Of a stretch of DNA of 33,464 bases, positions 1-9,067 are shown piece by piece. Made by a program: the position numbers and the translations under genes. Position 1 is the stretch's first letter. Each line of letters opens with the position of its first letter. Under the pieces are notes generated by a model. It did not search any database, was not told the DNA's origin, and worked only from the letters and a program-made list of their open reading frames with translations. This DNA is from a virus. Lineage: Duplodnaviria; Caudoviricetes. The DNA lies in IMG/VR virus record IMGVR_UViG_3300040985_001008, positions 1 through 33,464 of that record; one strand, 5' to 3'.

Positions 1-20
1 GCGATGAGGTCGACAGACGC

Positions 21-677
21 ATGACAATGATGCAGCGGAAGCCGCAGCGGTGGGAGCGAATGCCCGACGAGGGCGCAAAGCCTTGGGCAGCGTTCCTAAC
101 CTACTTGCGGCTGGGTCCAGAACGCTCCCTAGATAAAGCGTACAACGAGGCGATGGGGAGACCGGAGGGCAGCAGCCGAGCATCCGGGCGGTGGAATATA
201 TGGAACAGCGAGTGGGCTTGGGGTGTCCGGGCGAAGGCGCACGACGCTCACATCGAGCGGGAAGCTACCCGGGGATTGGTGACAACTGCCACCGAAAACA
301 AGCGCACACGAGTCCGGAATATCACAGGCGCACAGAACGCAGCGATGCTCATAATCGGCAAGGCAGATCTCGCCAGCCTCGATAAGACCGAAGCCCGAAA
401 GCTTTTACCTGTGGCTCTCCGTGCGTTAGAGGAGACGGCGGAAAGTTTGCGAGAAGAATTCGGTGTGGCAGCACGACCGACGACGAGCCGTGAACTAATT
501 GTCACCGGGCAGGTTGACGGGGGTATTGTCCCCGTCGAGGACTTCGACGACGACGAACTGCTGACGAGGATCGCAGCGAGGGAGCAAGGGTTTGACGACG
601 ACACCGAGGGTGAGGTCAACGGGCGTGGAGAATTCATTCCCGTCCGAGGAACCGTTAGCATCGACTCGCCAAGCTAG
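21..677 (+). CDS. putative terminase small subunit
   Basis: Directly upstream of and overlapping the large terminase; N-terminal WER..E....AF..YL.LGPERSL...W...W..RA.A.D pattern typical of TerS-position proteins. Confidence 0.65.
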   Translation: MTMMQRKPQRWERMPDEGAKPWAAFLTYLRLGPERSLDKAYNEAMGRPEGSSRASGRWNIWNSEWAWGVRAKAHDAHIEREATRGLVTTATENKRTRVRNITGAQNAAMLIIGKADLASLDKTEARKLLPVALRALEETAESLREEFGVAARPTTSRELIVTGQVDGGIVPVEDFDDDELLTRIAAREQGFDDDTEGEVNGRGEFIPVRGTVSIDSPS

Positions 678-2064
678 GCGTAAGGCTCGCAGGTCGCTCA
701 CAGCATTCGGGGAGCATGTTTATCCCGGGTACATCACGAGCCGCTATACGAGGATGCTGGCGCAGACTTTGGAGAAGGTTGTCTCTGGCGAGATTACCCG
801 GCTGATTGTCGAGATCCCTCCGAGGCACTCGAAGTCGGTTCACGTGTCTGAGTTGCTCCCGGCTTACGCCCTAGGGCACAACCCTGACAAGCGCATCATC
901 CTATCGTCCTACGCCTCGGGGCTGGCGGCGGCATTCTCTCGACGTGTGAGGAACACGATCGCCGACCCGAAATATGGACGTCTATTCCCTAGCACTCGCA
1001 TGGCGCCAGACTCCCGTGCAGCGGCGTCGTGGGACGTGTCGGGCAGGGCAGGCGGCATGATCGCCGCCGGTGTCGGATCCGGTATCACGGGGCACGGTGC
1101 AGACCTCCTCGTAATCGACGACCCGGTCAAGGATCGGAAAGAAGCCGAATCGGCGACGAGACGGCAAGACGTGTGGGATTGGTATACCTCGACAGCCCGC
1201 ACCCGAGTCCACCCGGGCGGCGCAATTATTGTCTGTCAGACTCGGTGGCACCACGACGACCTTGCAGGGCGATTGATTGACGGTCAAGACGAGGAGGATC
1301 CCGACGCCGATGAGTGGACGGTGTTGAAGTTCCCGGCGATCGCTACCGAGGACGACGACCTAGGACGCAAGCCGGGTGAGCCTCTATGGCCAGAACGCTA
1401 CACGCTCGAAGAATTGCTCCGCATCAAAAGGGACGTTGGAACGAGGGATTGGATTGCCCTGTACCAGCAGGAGCCGACCGACGAGGAGGGGGCGATATTC
1501 CCGATCGGCACATGGAAGTATTACACGGTCGACGGCTTCGATTTCAACAGCAGATTCCGCACCTTTCAGCTACTTGATACGGCGTACAAGGACGGGCAGC
1601 AAAACGACTATTCGGTGATCGCTACATGGACTCGATCGCCTGACGGCTTGTTGTACCTGCGGGATGTATTCCGGGAGCGGATGCAATTCCCAGCCTTGGA
1701 GCGCACGGCGAAAATTTTCTACGATCGATGGAAGCCCGACGTGGTTTACATCGAGGACAAGGCGAGCGGCATATCGCTGATTCAAAATCTAGTGTCCGCA
1801 GGGATCCCGATTCAGGCTTACACGCCCGACGGTGACAAGGTCGTCCGGGCGCACGCTGTGACGCCGTTCATCGAATCAGGTAGGATGTTGTTGCCAGACA
1901 CCCATGACCTGCTCTCTGATTTCTTGCAGGAACATGCGAAGTTCCCGGCGGGAGCGCACGACGATATGGTCGACACGACGACAATGGCTGGCATCATTCT
2001 CGGACGCCGGGAAAGTTCTGGAAACAACAGGCTTGAAGTAGCAGGGAAGCAAAGCAGATGGTAG
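592..2064 (+). CDS. terL: terminase large subunit
   Basis: PPRHSKS Walker A variant, GITGHGADLLVIDDPVK Walker B region, QTRWHHDDLAG motif, C-terminal nuclease motifs (DTAYK..NDYS, IEDKASG, FP..HDDMVD); exact start (TTG 592) uncertain. Confidence 0.95.
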   Translation: MTTTPRVRSTGVENSFPSEEPLASTRQARRKARRSLTAFGEHVYPGYITSRYTRMLAQTLEKVVSGEITRLIVEIPPRHSKSVHVSELLPAYALGHNPDKRIILSSYASGLAAAFSRRVRNTIADPKYGRLFPSTRMAPDSRAAASWDVSGRAGGMIAAGVGSGITGHGADLLVIDDPVKDRKEAESATRRQDVWDWYTSTARTRVHPGGAIIVCQTRWHHDDLAGRLIDGQDEEDPDADEWTVLKFPAIATEDDDLGRKPGEPLWPERYTLEELLRIKRDVGTRDWIALYQQEPTDEEGAIFPIGTWKYYTVDGFDFNSRFRTFQLLDTAYKDGQQNDYSVIATWTRSPDGLLYLRDVFRERMQFPALERTAKIFYDRWKPDVVYIEDKASGISLIQNLVSAGIPIQAYTPDGDKVVRAHAVTPFIESGRMLLPDTHDLLSDFLQEHAKFPAGAHDDMVDTTTMAGIILGRRESSGNNRLEVAGKQSRW

Positions 2065-4253
2065 AGCAGCGAGACCGTACCGCAGAGGTTCAGAGCCACG
2101 AAGCACCCGCCCGGGATCCGATCGAACCGACTCCGCCGAACGCAGGAAATGTGACCCGGATCCTCGGGGACGCAGGACTCTCGATATGGTCGGGATACCT
2201 CGGCGAGGAATACCTTGTTGAACTAAAGCCGTGGACTAACGAAGCCCGGTACGTCCTCGAAGCCCGTGACGAGGCGATCATCGGGACGCTACTCGACGCA
2301 ATCAAGATGCCCATGATTAGGGCTGAGATCGTCGTAGAGCCTGCGAGCGACGAGGAGGCAGACATACAGTTGGCACAGTTCGTGGACGCTAACCTCCGGG
2401 GAATGCATAAGCAATCTCTGCGCAAATGGCTCACCGATATGATCGAGGCGATCGAGTTCGGTTTCAGCCTCGGCGAGATCGTCCTTGAAAAGCGAACCGA
2501 CGGACGCCTGTGGATTCGAAACATCATGCCCCGAGGGCAGGAGACTTTGCGCCGATGGGCGGCGGAGGATCCTGCGCACCCTGACGAGTTTTCGCATTTC
2601 ATACAGGGCATGTATCGAGGATCCGCACCACGCCGGGAGGTTGCGATCCCGCTCAACAAATGCCTGCACGTTACGTGGAGAGGGCGGAAGGGCAACCCGC
2701 AGGGCAAGAGCTTGCTGCGCTCCCTCTATTCCCCATACAAGTTCTTGAAGAACTTCCGGGTGATCGAGGGCATCGGTGTTGAGAGAGACATCGGTGGCAC
2801 GCCGATCATAAAACTGCCCGGCGGACAGAACTCCCTAAGCGACGCCGAAAAGACTGAACTAAAGAAAAATGCGGAGGGTCTCAGGAACGACGAAGCCCTT
2901 TACATTATGGTTCCCGAGGGCATGGATATCGAGGCGTACAACTCGGGCGGGAAGTCGACGAACGTCCGGGAGATTATCAAGGATTACGAGACGCAAATCC
3001 TGATGCGTATGTTTGCGCAGTTCCTAAAGCTAGGGATGGACAATGTCGGCACGCAAGCCCTTGTGGTCGGGTCGCAGGATTTCTTTACTATGGCGATCGA
3101 ATCGATACAGGACGAATTGATCGAACAGGTCAACGAGCAGCTTGTCCCGTACCTGATGCGGTTCAACACATTCCCCGGCACAACCGGGCTTCCCAAAGTA
3201 ACTTGGATGAAACCGGGTGCCATGGATGTTGCGAACATCGTCGAAATGTTCACGAAGGGCGCACAGTCGAAGATCTTTACGCCAACCCGTGAGGACGAAG
3301 TCTTGCTCCGAGACGAGGCTGGATTGCCAGAACTTCCGGAGGGCAAGGGTGAGGGCGACCGAGACGTTACGGCAGCGGTCAACGACGTGTTCGGCGGTCT
3401 CGGTATGGGGCAAATGACTCCGAGGCAACTTGGCGCATTTGTTGACGAGATCCGGGCGTATGACGAAGCCCGGCGCACCTACGACCACCCGGCGGGTGGG
3501 GATCTCCGGGGCATCACAGGCGGCTACGAAAAATTTACTAACGCATACCAAAAAGAACTCGTCGGGGTCTACGACAAATGGGCAGCGGAAACGTCTCGCC
3601 TGATGTCGCTACCCGGCAAGGGATTGACCGAGGCGAACGCAACCCTAAACACTAGGCTTAACGTCCTCTCTGCGGATATGAAGCTGCTCGCCCGGGCGAG
3701 GATCGGCGAGGCTACGCAGATGGGTATGGGGACGACGCTCGGCAAGCGAGCGCATGACCCGGAAGTGCAGCGCACAATTGCGGCGTTGCTGAAAGAGGCA
3801 GAACTAAATATCGATGAGGGTGTGATTCCCGGCGTGCGTGAAAAGTTCGGCAAGGAAGCCGGGGCGGCGCAGAAGCTAAAAGGGGCGGAGAAAAAGAACG
3901 CCTTTGAAGATCTGTTCAGCGGTCGCAGGAACAGTGTTGCCCGGCAGGCTGGCGGGGCACAGGTCGCAATATTCGAGACGCAAAAATCCGCAGGGATCGT
4001 TGAGAACAGGGAGCGCAAACGGTTGGGCATAGCCCCGATCGCTACCCGGTGGGTACTAGACAAATCCGCCGAGCATTGTGAAGATGATTCCCACAGGGCG
4101 ACCTACGGTTGCCCGGCGTTGGCTAGGGAGTACGCAGACGGGTGGGAATCCATGCCGACTGTCCCGGCGGGAGCGGTTTCATGCCTTGGCAATTGCCGAT
4201 GCTATATCGAAGCCGACCTTGACGGAACGGGCGTGTGGAGTCGCATCACCTAG
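2058..4253 (+). CDS. portal protein (DUF935/Mu gp29-like) with fused C-terminal head-morphogenesis-like domain
   Basis: Follows terL; GNPQGKSLLRSLY and ERDIGGTP portal motifs; C-terminus W...HC..CP...P....CLGNCRC resembles Mu gpF/SPP1 gp7-type domains. Confidence 0.85.
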   Translation: MVEQRDRTAEVQSHEAPARDPIEPTPPNAGNVTRILGDAGLSIWSGYLGEEYLVELKPWTNEARYVLEARDEAIIGTLLDAIKMPMIRAEIVVEPASDEEADIQLAQFVDANLRGMHKQSLRKWLTDMIEAIEFGFSLGEIVLEKRTDGRLWIRNIMPRGQETLRRWAAEDPAHPDEFSHFIQGMYRGSAPRREVAIPLNKCLHVTWRGRKGNPQGKSLLRSLYSPYKFLKNFRVIEGIGVERDIGGTPIIKLPGGQNSLSDAEKTELKKNAEGLRNDEALYIMVPEGMDIEAYNSGGKSTNVREIIKDYETQILMRMFAQFLKLGMDNVGTQALVVGSQDFFTMAIESIQDELIEQVNEQLVPYLMRFNTFPGTTGLPKVTWMKPGAMDVANIVEMFTKGAQSKIFTPTREDEVLLRDEAGLPELPEGKGEGDRDVTAAVNDVFGGLGMGQMTPRQLGAFVDEIRAYDEARRTYDHPAGGDLRGITGGYEKFTNAYQKELVGVYDKWAAETSRLMSLPGKGLTEANATLNTRLNVLSADMKLLARARIGEATQMGMGTTLGKRAHDPEVQRTIAALLKEAELNIDEGVIPGVREKFGKEAGAAQKLKGAEKKNAFEDLFSGRRNSVARQAGGAQVAIFETQKSAGIVENRERKRLGIAPIATRWVLDKSAEHCEDDSHRATYGCPALAREYADGWESMPTVPAGAVSCLGNCRCYIEADLDGTGVWSRIT

Positions 4254-4264
4254 CCTTTATTTGT

Positions 4265-4318
4265 CGGTGCGTCGGTGGCGTTCCCTACCCCGTCAGGGGC
4301 GACTACACCGGCGCACCG
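4265..4318 (+). other. intergenic long stem-loop (terminator/processing element candidate)
   Basis: CGGTGCGTCGGTG (4265-4277) pairs with CACCGGCGCACCG (4306-4318) with one G-U; inner CCCC-GTCA-GGGG hairpin; followed by TTT. Confidence 0.55.
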
Positions 4319-4346
4319 TTTGACACCCGAAGCCGTGCCATAGAGA

Positions 4347-5681
4347 ATGTCTACGATGTCTAAATTTTCCAAAGCCATACTTGGTCTCGAAATCTTCGCA
4401 GTCGGAACACACACCGACTCCGGAGGATCGACGAACAGTTTCACCGACGATGATGTCGACTACATGGTCAACAAATTCGCTGGCGGCTTTCCGGAGTTCG
4501 TACCTATCAAGCTAGGTCACACTAGCGACGAGTTCAATCGGCAAGTAGCTGCCGAACTTGGACTGCCCGCCTCCTCCCTAAACGGCGAGAATGGCGAGGG
4601 ATTTGATGGGGTTGCCGCCCTAGGGCAGGTTACAAATCTGTACCAAGAGGGCGATAAATTAGTTGCAGATCTGAAAGTGCCTGACGAAATGGCGAACCTA
4701 TTTCGAGACGAGTATTTTCGGGATGTGAGTTGCGAGCTTTCGGTGGACGAACAGGATCGATGGATTCTCGACGGACTGGCGATGCTCGGAGCCGAACGAC
4801 CGGCGGTTGACACCCTTGCAGGGATCGCAGCCGCAGCCGTTCACAAGAAACGGGAGGCAGTTGCCACCCGTAGTTTTAGTCAGGCATTGCCAAAGAAGGT
4901 GAATATGTCCGAGAATTCAGACAGCAAAATCGACAAGATTTTGGGTCTCGTTTCCGGTGACAAGATCTCACTCTCCGAGTTGAAAGATGCGGGCTTGAAG
5001 CTTGGAGACGAGACCGATAAGGGCGCAGTCAAAGACGCCGTCCGTGAGTTGCAGGAACGATCGGGGATGCTTGACAGCGTCGTCGAACTCTTGCAGCAAG
5101 CAATCGAGATCACGTCCTCCGCCGCCGAGGAAGGCGATAAGATCGTAGAGGACGACGTAGCGAGCGAGCCAGCCGTAGCGGCTAAGGCTCTCGTTGGTCG
5201 TGTCAAGACGATACTCTCCGCAGCCTCGGGCAAGAACTTCAAGCAGGGCGCAGATTTCAAATCCGCAGTAGCCGAAGCCGTCAAGGAATCCACGAAGGAA
5301 CTCGCTGCGCAAGTAGCGACTCTGACCGGATCCTCTAAGGTTTCGAACTATCGTGTGGAGACCGAGAAGCTTGTAGGTATGGAAGGCACGGCGCAAGACC
5401 TTGCCGAACAGCTAGCAGATATTGAAAGCAAGGCAGGCAAGGAAACCGCCGACGCCATGCTCTCTAGCTGGAAACAGGTTTCCACATTCGCAGTCGAATC
5501 CGGTCAGTTCAAAGCTGTCGGTGCAGGCGAGAGTGGAGACGGCGACGGTGGAAACCTAGAGCCGACCGAACTCGAAAAAGAAGCTGTCACATTCAAGGAA
5601 GCTAACCCGACATTCTCTGAGTCTCAGAGTCTTGCCGCTGTTCGCCTCCGCCGAATGCGTGCGGTTAGGGAGCCCAAGTAA
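4347..5681 (+). CDS. prohead protease/scaffold (Mu I-like)
   Basis: EIFAVGTH, PIKLGH, VSCEL, LAMLGAERPAV motifs in N-half; helical acidic C-half; lies between portal and capsid genes; start may be ATG 4356. Confidence 0.8.
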   Translation: MSTMSKFSKAILGLEIFAVGTHTDSGGSTNSFTDDDVDYMVNKFAGGFPEFVPIKLGHTSDEFNRQVAAELGLPASSLNGENGEGFDGVAALGQVTNLYQEGDKLVADLKVPDEMANLFRDEYFRDVSCELSVDEQDRWILDGLAMLGAERPAVDTLAGIAAAAVHKKREAVATRSFSQALPKKVNMSENSDSKIDKILGLVSGDKISLSELKDAGLKLGDETDKGAVKDAVRELQERSGMLDSVVELLQQAIEITSSAAEEGDKIVEDDVASEPAVAAKALVGRVKTILSAASGKNFKQGADFKSAVAEAVKESTKELAAQVATLTGSSKVSNYRVETEKLVGMEGTAQDLAEQLADIESKAGKETADAMLSSWKQVSTFAVESGQFKAVGAGESGDGDGGNLEPTELEKEAVTFKEANPTFSESQSLAAVRLRRMRAVREPK

Positions 5682-5683
5682 TC

Positions 5684-6097
5684 ATGGATCAAATGCTTAC
5701 AATCCCCGGGGCACACGCCACCGGAGATCTCTCCGCCTTGCAGTATCAGGCTGTTTACCTGACAGAAGATTTCGGCGTCGCCGGGATCACCAACTCCAAC
5801 GTCGCTGCGTTTGCGCAGTCGGGCATTGGGATCTTGCAGGACGACCCCGACGCTGACGGTGCGCCCGCCAGTGTTGCCATGCTCGGTATTTGCCGTGCGA
5901 AGGCAGGCGGGACGATCACGCAAGGTGCGTACCTCACACTCGATAATGACGGCAAGGTCGTAGCCGGTGCATTAGAAGCTGATCTAGCGTCAGCCGACCG
6001 TGCGATTATCGGACGAGCATTGGGAGACGCCGCCTCTGGCGACATCTTCACAATCGCCGTAAACTTCATCACCCCTCTACCTCACGACACCGAGTAA
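5684..6097 (+). CDS. capsid cement/decoration protein (DUF2190-like)
   Basis: GIGILQD, GICRAKAGGTITQG..LT...GK, IIGRAL..A..GD pattern; immediately before the major capsid gene. Confidence 0.75.
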   Translation: MDQMLTIPGAHATGDLSALQYQAVYLTEDFGVAGITNSNVAAFAQSGIGILQDDPDADGAPASVAMLGICRAKAGGTITQGAYLTLDNDGKVVAGALEADLASADRAIIGRALGDAASGDIFTIAVNFITPLPHDTE

Positions 6098-6103
6098 TCG
6101 GAC

Positions 6104-6181
6104 GTGTCTAGCCCTACTCAAAACGACCTACGACCGACTAAGCCGGTAGTGGGTGGCAGCGGGAAAGGCGGAAAGAAATAG
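6104..6181 (+). CDS. putative 25-aa peptide mimicking the capsid N-terminus (not in ORF track)
   Basis: GTG..TAG reading (M)SSPTQNDLRPTKPVVGGSGKGGKK; fills the cement-MCP gap and ends 1 nt before the MCP ATG; no strong SD. Confidence 0.4.
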   Translation: MSSPTQNDLRPTKPVVGGSGKGGKK

Positions 6182-6182
6182 T

Positions 6183-7157
6183 ATGGTCGCCAAGCGCAAA
6201 TACGCTGGACCTACTCAAAACGATATGCGTCCGGTAGATCCGGTACTGACTGACCTCAGTGTCGGCTACAAGAACCCCGATTTTATTTGGGATCTCTTGG
6301 CTCCGGTCGTGCCCGTGGATGAGAAGTCCGGTACGTACTTTATTTGGGATCGGGACTATTGGTTCCGAACCTTCGGGGAATCCGGTGGCGCACGTCGTGC
6401 CCCCGAAGCTCCCTACCTGCGACTCGCCTATGGCGCAAGCACAGGGACTTACGAGACCTATGAATCAGGATTTGAAAAGCCAACAGGCGATCCGATCGTA
6501 GCGTCCTCGCAGGCTCCCGAAGCTTTGCCTCAGAAGGACGTGTCGTTCCTGACTAACCAGATGGAAATGGAACTCGAAGTCGACACGGCTGCGGAACTGT
6601 TTATCGCTGGGTTGTACGGGACAGACAACACTCTTTCTGGCATCAGCCAGTGGAGCGATTTCGCTAACTCCGATCCGATCGGAGATTTCGACACGGCTAA
6701 GGGCGTTGTTCGCAAGAACACCGGCACGGAGCCACGTCGAGCAATCATGGGTATCGAGACTTGGAACGACTTGAAAGAGCACCCGCTCATTCTCGACAAG
6801 TACAAGCACACCCAGTCCGGGATTATGACCGAAGCCCTTGTAGCCGCTGCGCTTGGCATCGACGAGATCATCGTCGGTAAGACTGCCAAGAACACGGCGA
6901 AAGAAGGGCAGACGTTCGTTGGCGCAAACGTGTGGGGCGACAATTGTCTCCTCATCCCTGCGATCGACGCCCCGGCTCTTGAAACCCCGGCAGCGGCTTA
7001 CACCTACATTTGGGACGAAGTCGGCAACGTGCCGTGGGCGGTTCAGCAGTACCGAGACGAGACTATCCGCAGCAACGTGGCACGGATTCTCACGCACACA
7101 GACCGCAAGGTTCCAAGTGCGCAGTCGGGCTACCTGTTCCTCGATACCTCTGACTAA
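6183..7157 (+). CDS. major capsid protein
   Basis: DPVLTDLSVGYKNPDFI..LAPVVPV, QWSDFANSDPIGD, W..LKEHP motifs typical of phage E-like capsid family; position after protease and cement; ATG 6183 preferred over GTG 6153. Confidence 0.88.
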   Translation: MVAKRKYAGPTQNDMRPVDPVLTDLSVGYKNPDFIWDLLAPVVPVDEKSGTYFIWDRDYWFRTFGESGGARRAPEAPYLRLAYGASTGTYETYESGFEKPTGDPIVASSQAPEALPQKDVSFLTNQMEMELEVDTAAELFIAGLYGTDNTLSGISQWSDFANSDPIGDFDTAKGVVRKNTGTEPRRAIMGIETWNDLKEHPLILDKYKHTQSGIMTEALVAAALGIDEIIVGKTAKNTAKEGQTFVGANVWGDNCLLIPAIDAPALETPAAAYTYIWDEVGNVPWAVQQYRDETIRSNVARILTHTDRKVPSAQSGYLFLDTSD

Positions 7158-7193
7158 CTAAAAACATTCATAGTCGAATAGGGAACGCAAAAA

Positions 7194-7538
7194 ATGTTTG
7201 AGGCTTACAGAGTAAATAAGCGGTTCGCTTGGGACGGTTGGATCCTTGCCCCGGTGGCAGGAACTCACACTTCCACCTTCGAGGAAATCGAGGGTCTAAC
7301 CCCCAGCGAACAGGCTGCAAATTTCAAGCAGCAGGGGTGTTGGGACGAGCGGGCGGTGAACCCGGAGCTTTACGGCGGCGACATCTGGATTGTGCCAGCG
7401 GGACACCCTCGCAAGGATGCGATCCTGAGCCGCAATAAGGCACGGGGGGACGCATCGATCGCTAGTCCCGACGACCTGTTGAACGACGATCAATATAAGA
7501 GGCTACTCGCCCCGCCACAAATGGCTGCTCGGGTCTAG
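7194..7538 (+). CDS. hypothetical protein (head region)
   Basis: 114-aa ORF with purine-rich leader, in structural operon. Confidence 0.6.
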   Translation: MFEAYRVNKRFAWDGWILAPVAGTHTSTFEEIEGLTPSEQAANFKQQGCWDERAVNPELYGGDIWIVPAGHPRKDAILSRNKARGDASIASPDDLLNDDQYKRLLAPPQMAARV

Positions 7539-7553
7539 CCGGGAAGTACGGAT

Positions 7554-7979
7554 ATGACAAGACCAGTAGTGAATCGAGAGCGGGGGCGAACGGTGCAGGA
7601 GTCGAGCCAGCGCAAGGGCGTCCTCGGCTACATCACATGGACGGTCGGAGCCGAAGCGACTAACGCCATTACGGTGTCGGGTCAGGCTTACGACGAAGCA
7701 GGGAACGAAATGGCGGAGGCTTGCGCCTTCGATTGGTATTGGGCTAACGACTCGGCGGGTCTAACCCCGACGACCGTGGCTCACGACGGCGGTACAGCCG
7801 CAGGTACGGACGGCGCAATCATCGAGCAGGTCGCAAACCTGTCCGGGCTTGCGATCACCGAAGCCGACGGCGACATCGACATTGTGGCAACCGATGCGGG
7901 AGCGTTTACGACTTACCTCGTAGCGGTCAACCCGGACGGCACTCTGTCGGTCTCAGGTGCGGTCACGCACGCAGCGTAA
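7554..7979 (+). CDS. putative virion structural protein
   Basis: Ala/Gly/Thr/Asp-rich beta-type sequence after capsid gene, followed by a terminator-like hairpin. Confidence 0.55.
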   Translation: MTRPVVNRERGRTVQESSQRKGVLGYITWTVGAEATNAITVSGQAYDEAGNEMAEACAFDWYWANDSAGLTPTTVAHDGGTAAGTDGAIIEQVANLSGLAITEADGDIDIVATDAGAFTTYLVAVNPDGTLSVSGAVTHAA

Positions 7980-7985
7980 TGACTA

Positions 7986-8024
7986 GCCCGGGCGGGGATC
8001 TCTCGCCCGGGCAAACAATTTTTT
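7986..8024 (+). terminator. intrinsic terminator-like hairpin
   Basis: GCCCGGGCG (7986-7994) / CGCCCGGGC (8004-8012) perfect stem, then AAACAATTTTTT. Confidence 0.6.
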
Positions 8025-8036
8025 GAGGGCAAGATC

Positions 8037-8297
8037 TTGCGACGAATAATTACAACCGTGAAAAATCCCGGCGGTTTCCAAGTCCGGGTCGAGCCGAACG
8101 CCACAGACAAGGACGCTCGGGCGTACTACATCCAGCTATCGGAAGAACCGACTGAGCTACCGAACGATGTGGCGCAGAACATCCTCAACATTTACGGCGG
8201 CAAGGTCGAGGAAGTATTGGCGGACACAGTCGAGGAACAGGTAGAGCAAAAAGCGACACCGTTCACCGGCAAGCTCGCCAAGCTATTCCGAAGCTAA
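8037..8297 (+). CDS. hypothetical protein, paralog of 8322..8678 N-terminus
   Basis: NPGGFQVRV...YIQLSEEPTELPNDVAQNIL matches NAGAYSVRI...YVQITDEPQEFADDVGAHIL. Confidence 0.6.
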   Translation: MRRIITTVKNPGGFQVRVEPNATDKDARAYYIQLSEEPTELPNDVAQNILNIYGGKVEEVLADTVEEQVEQKATPFTGKLAKLFRS

Positions 8298-8321
8298 AAC
8301 AATCCTGACGGGGACAACACT

Positions 8322-8678
8322 GTGATCTACATAAAAAAATCTACATCGAATGCAGGGGCTTACTCCGTCAGGATTGACGGGGTAAAACCTTCGGGGTCGA
8401 AAGAACTCCCACCGGCGACCTACGTGCAGATCACGGACGAGCCGCAGGAATTCGCAGACGATGTGGGGGCGCATATCTTGCAGACGCACTCCAAGTTCGT
8501 AATGCAGGTAGATGCGCCTGCTAAGGTCTCTAAGCCCGCTACGTCGACCTCACGGCTTCCCTGCCCTGTCGAGGAGTGCGGCAGGGACTATGCAAACGAG
8601 ACCACACTAACGAAACACATCAACGAAACACATCAACGACAACCATTAGACCGAATTTCTAACAAGGAAACGCCATGA
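8322..8678 (+). CDS. hypothetical protein with C-terminal C2H2 zinc finger
   Basis: CPVEECGRDYANETTLTKHINETH = C-x4-C-x12-H-x4-H. Confidence 0.7.
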   Translation: MIYIKKSTSNAGAYSVRIDGVKPSGSKELPPATYVQITDEPQEFADDVGAHILQTHSKFVMQVDAPAKVSKPATSTSRLPCPVEECGRDYANETTLTKHINETHQRQPLDRISNKETP

Positions 8679-9058
8679 CCGGGACGCTTACATACGAAGA
8701 TAAAAAGCCGACCTCAAAAGGGTCTATCGGTAAGCTCAAAATGTCGTGGACAGGCACGGCAGGCGGAGCCGTCGGGGCGATCCCTGTCCCATTCAACGGA
8801 CGGATCGAGCGGATCGTAACCAACCCGACTGATGCGCCAACGGCGAACTACGACATTACGCTCGCCGACGAGGATGGTCTCGACCTTGCGCAGGGCTTGC
8901 TAGCTAACCGTCACACGACGAGCAGCGAGGAAGTTACGCCTTACGTCGGCGACGGAACTGTGACGTCGTCTCCGGTCGTGTACGCCGGTCTCATTACTCC
9001 GACTGTGGCAGCCTCGGGCACGTCGAAGTCTGGCACGATCACCATTTACTACACATAG
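8675..9058 (+). CDS. putative virion structural protein
   Basis: Thr/Gly-rich beta-type ORF, ATGA-coupled within structural operon. Confidence 0.55.
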   Translation: MTGTLTYEDKKPTSKGSIGKLKMSWTGTAGGAVGAIPVPFNGRIERIVTNPTDAPTANYDITLADEDGLDLAQGLLANRHTTSSEEVTPYVGDGTVTSSPVVYAGLITPTVAASGTSKSGTITIYYT

Positions 9059-9067
9059 GATCCGACT

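Noticed and set aside
6153-6182. GTG 6153 start for MCP and GGGAAAG slippery heptamer at 6161-6167
   Set aside because: ATG 6183 follows a purine-rich leader and abuts the mini-ORF stop; a -1 shift here would run into a stop within a few codons
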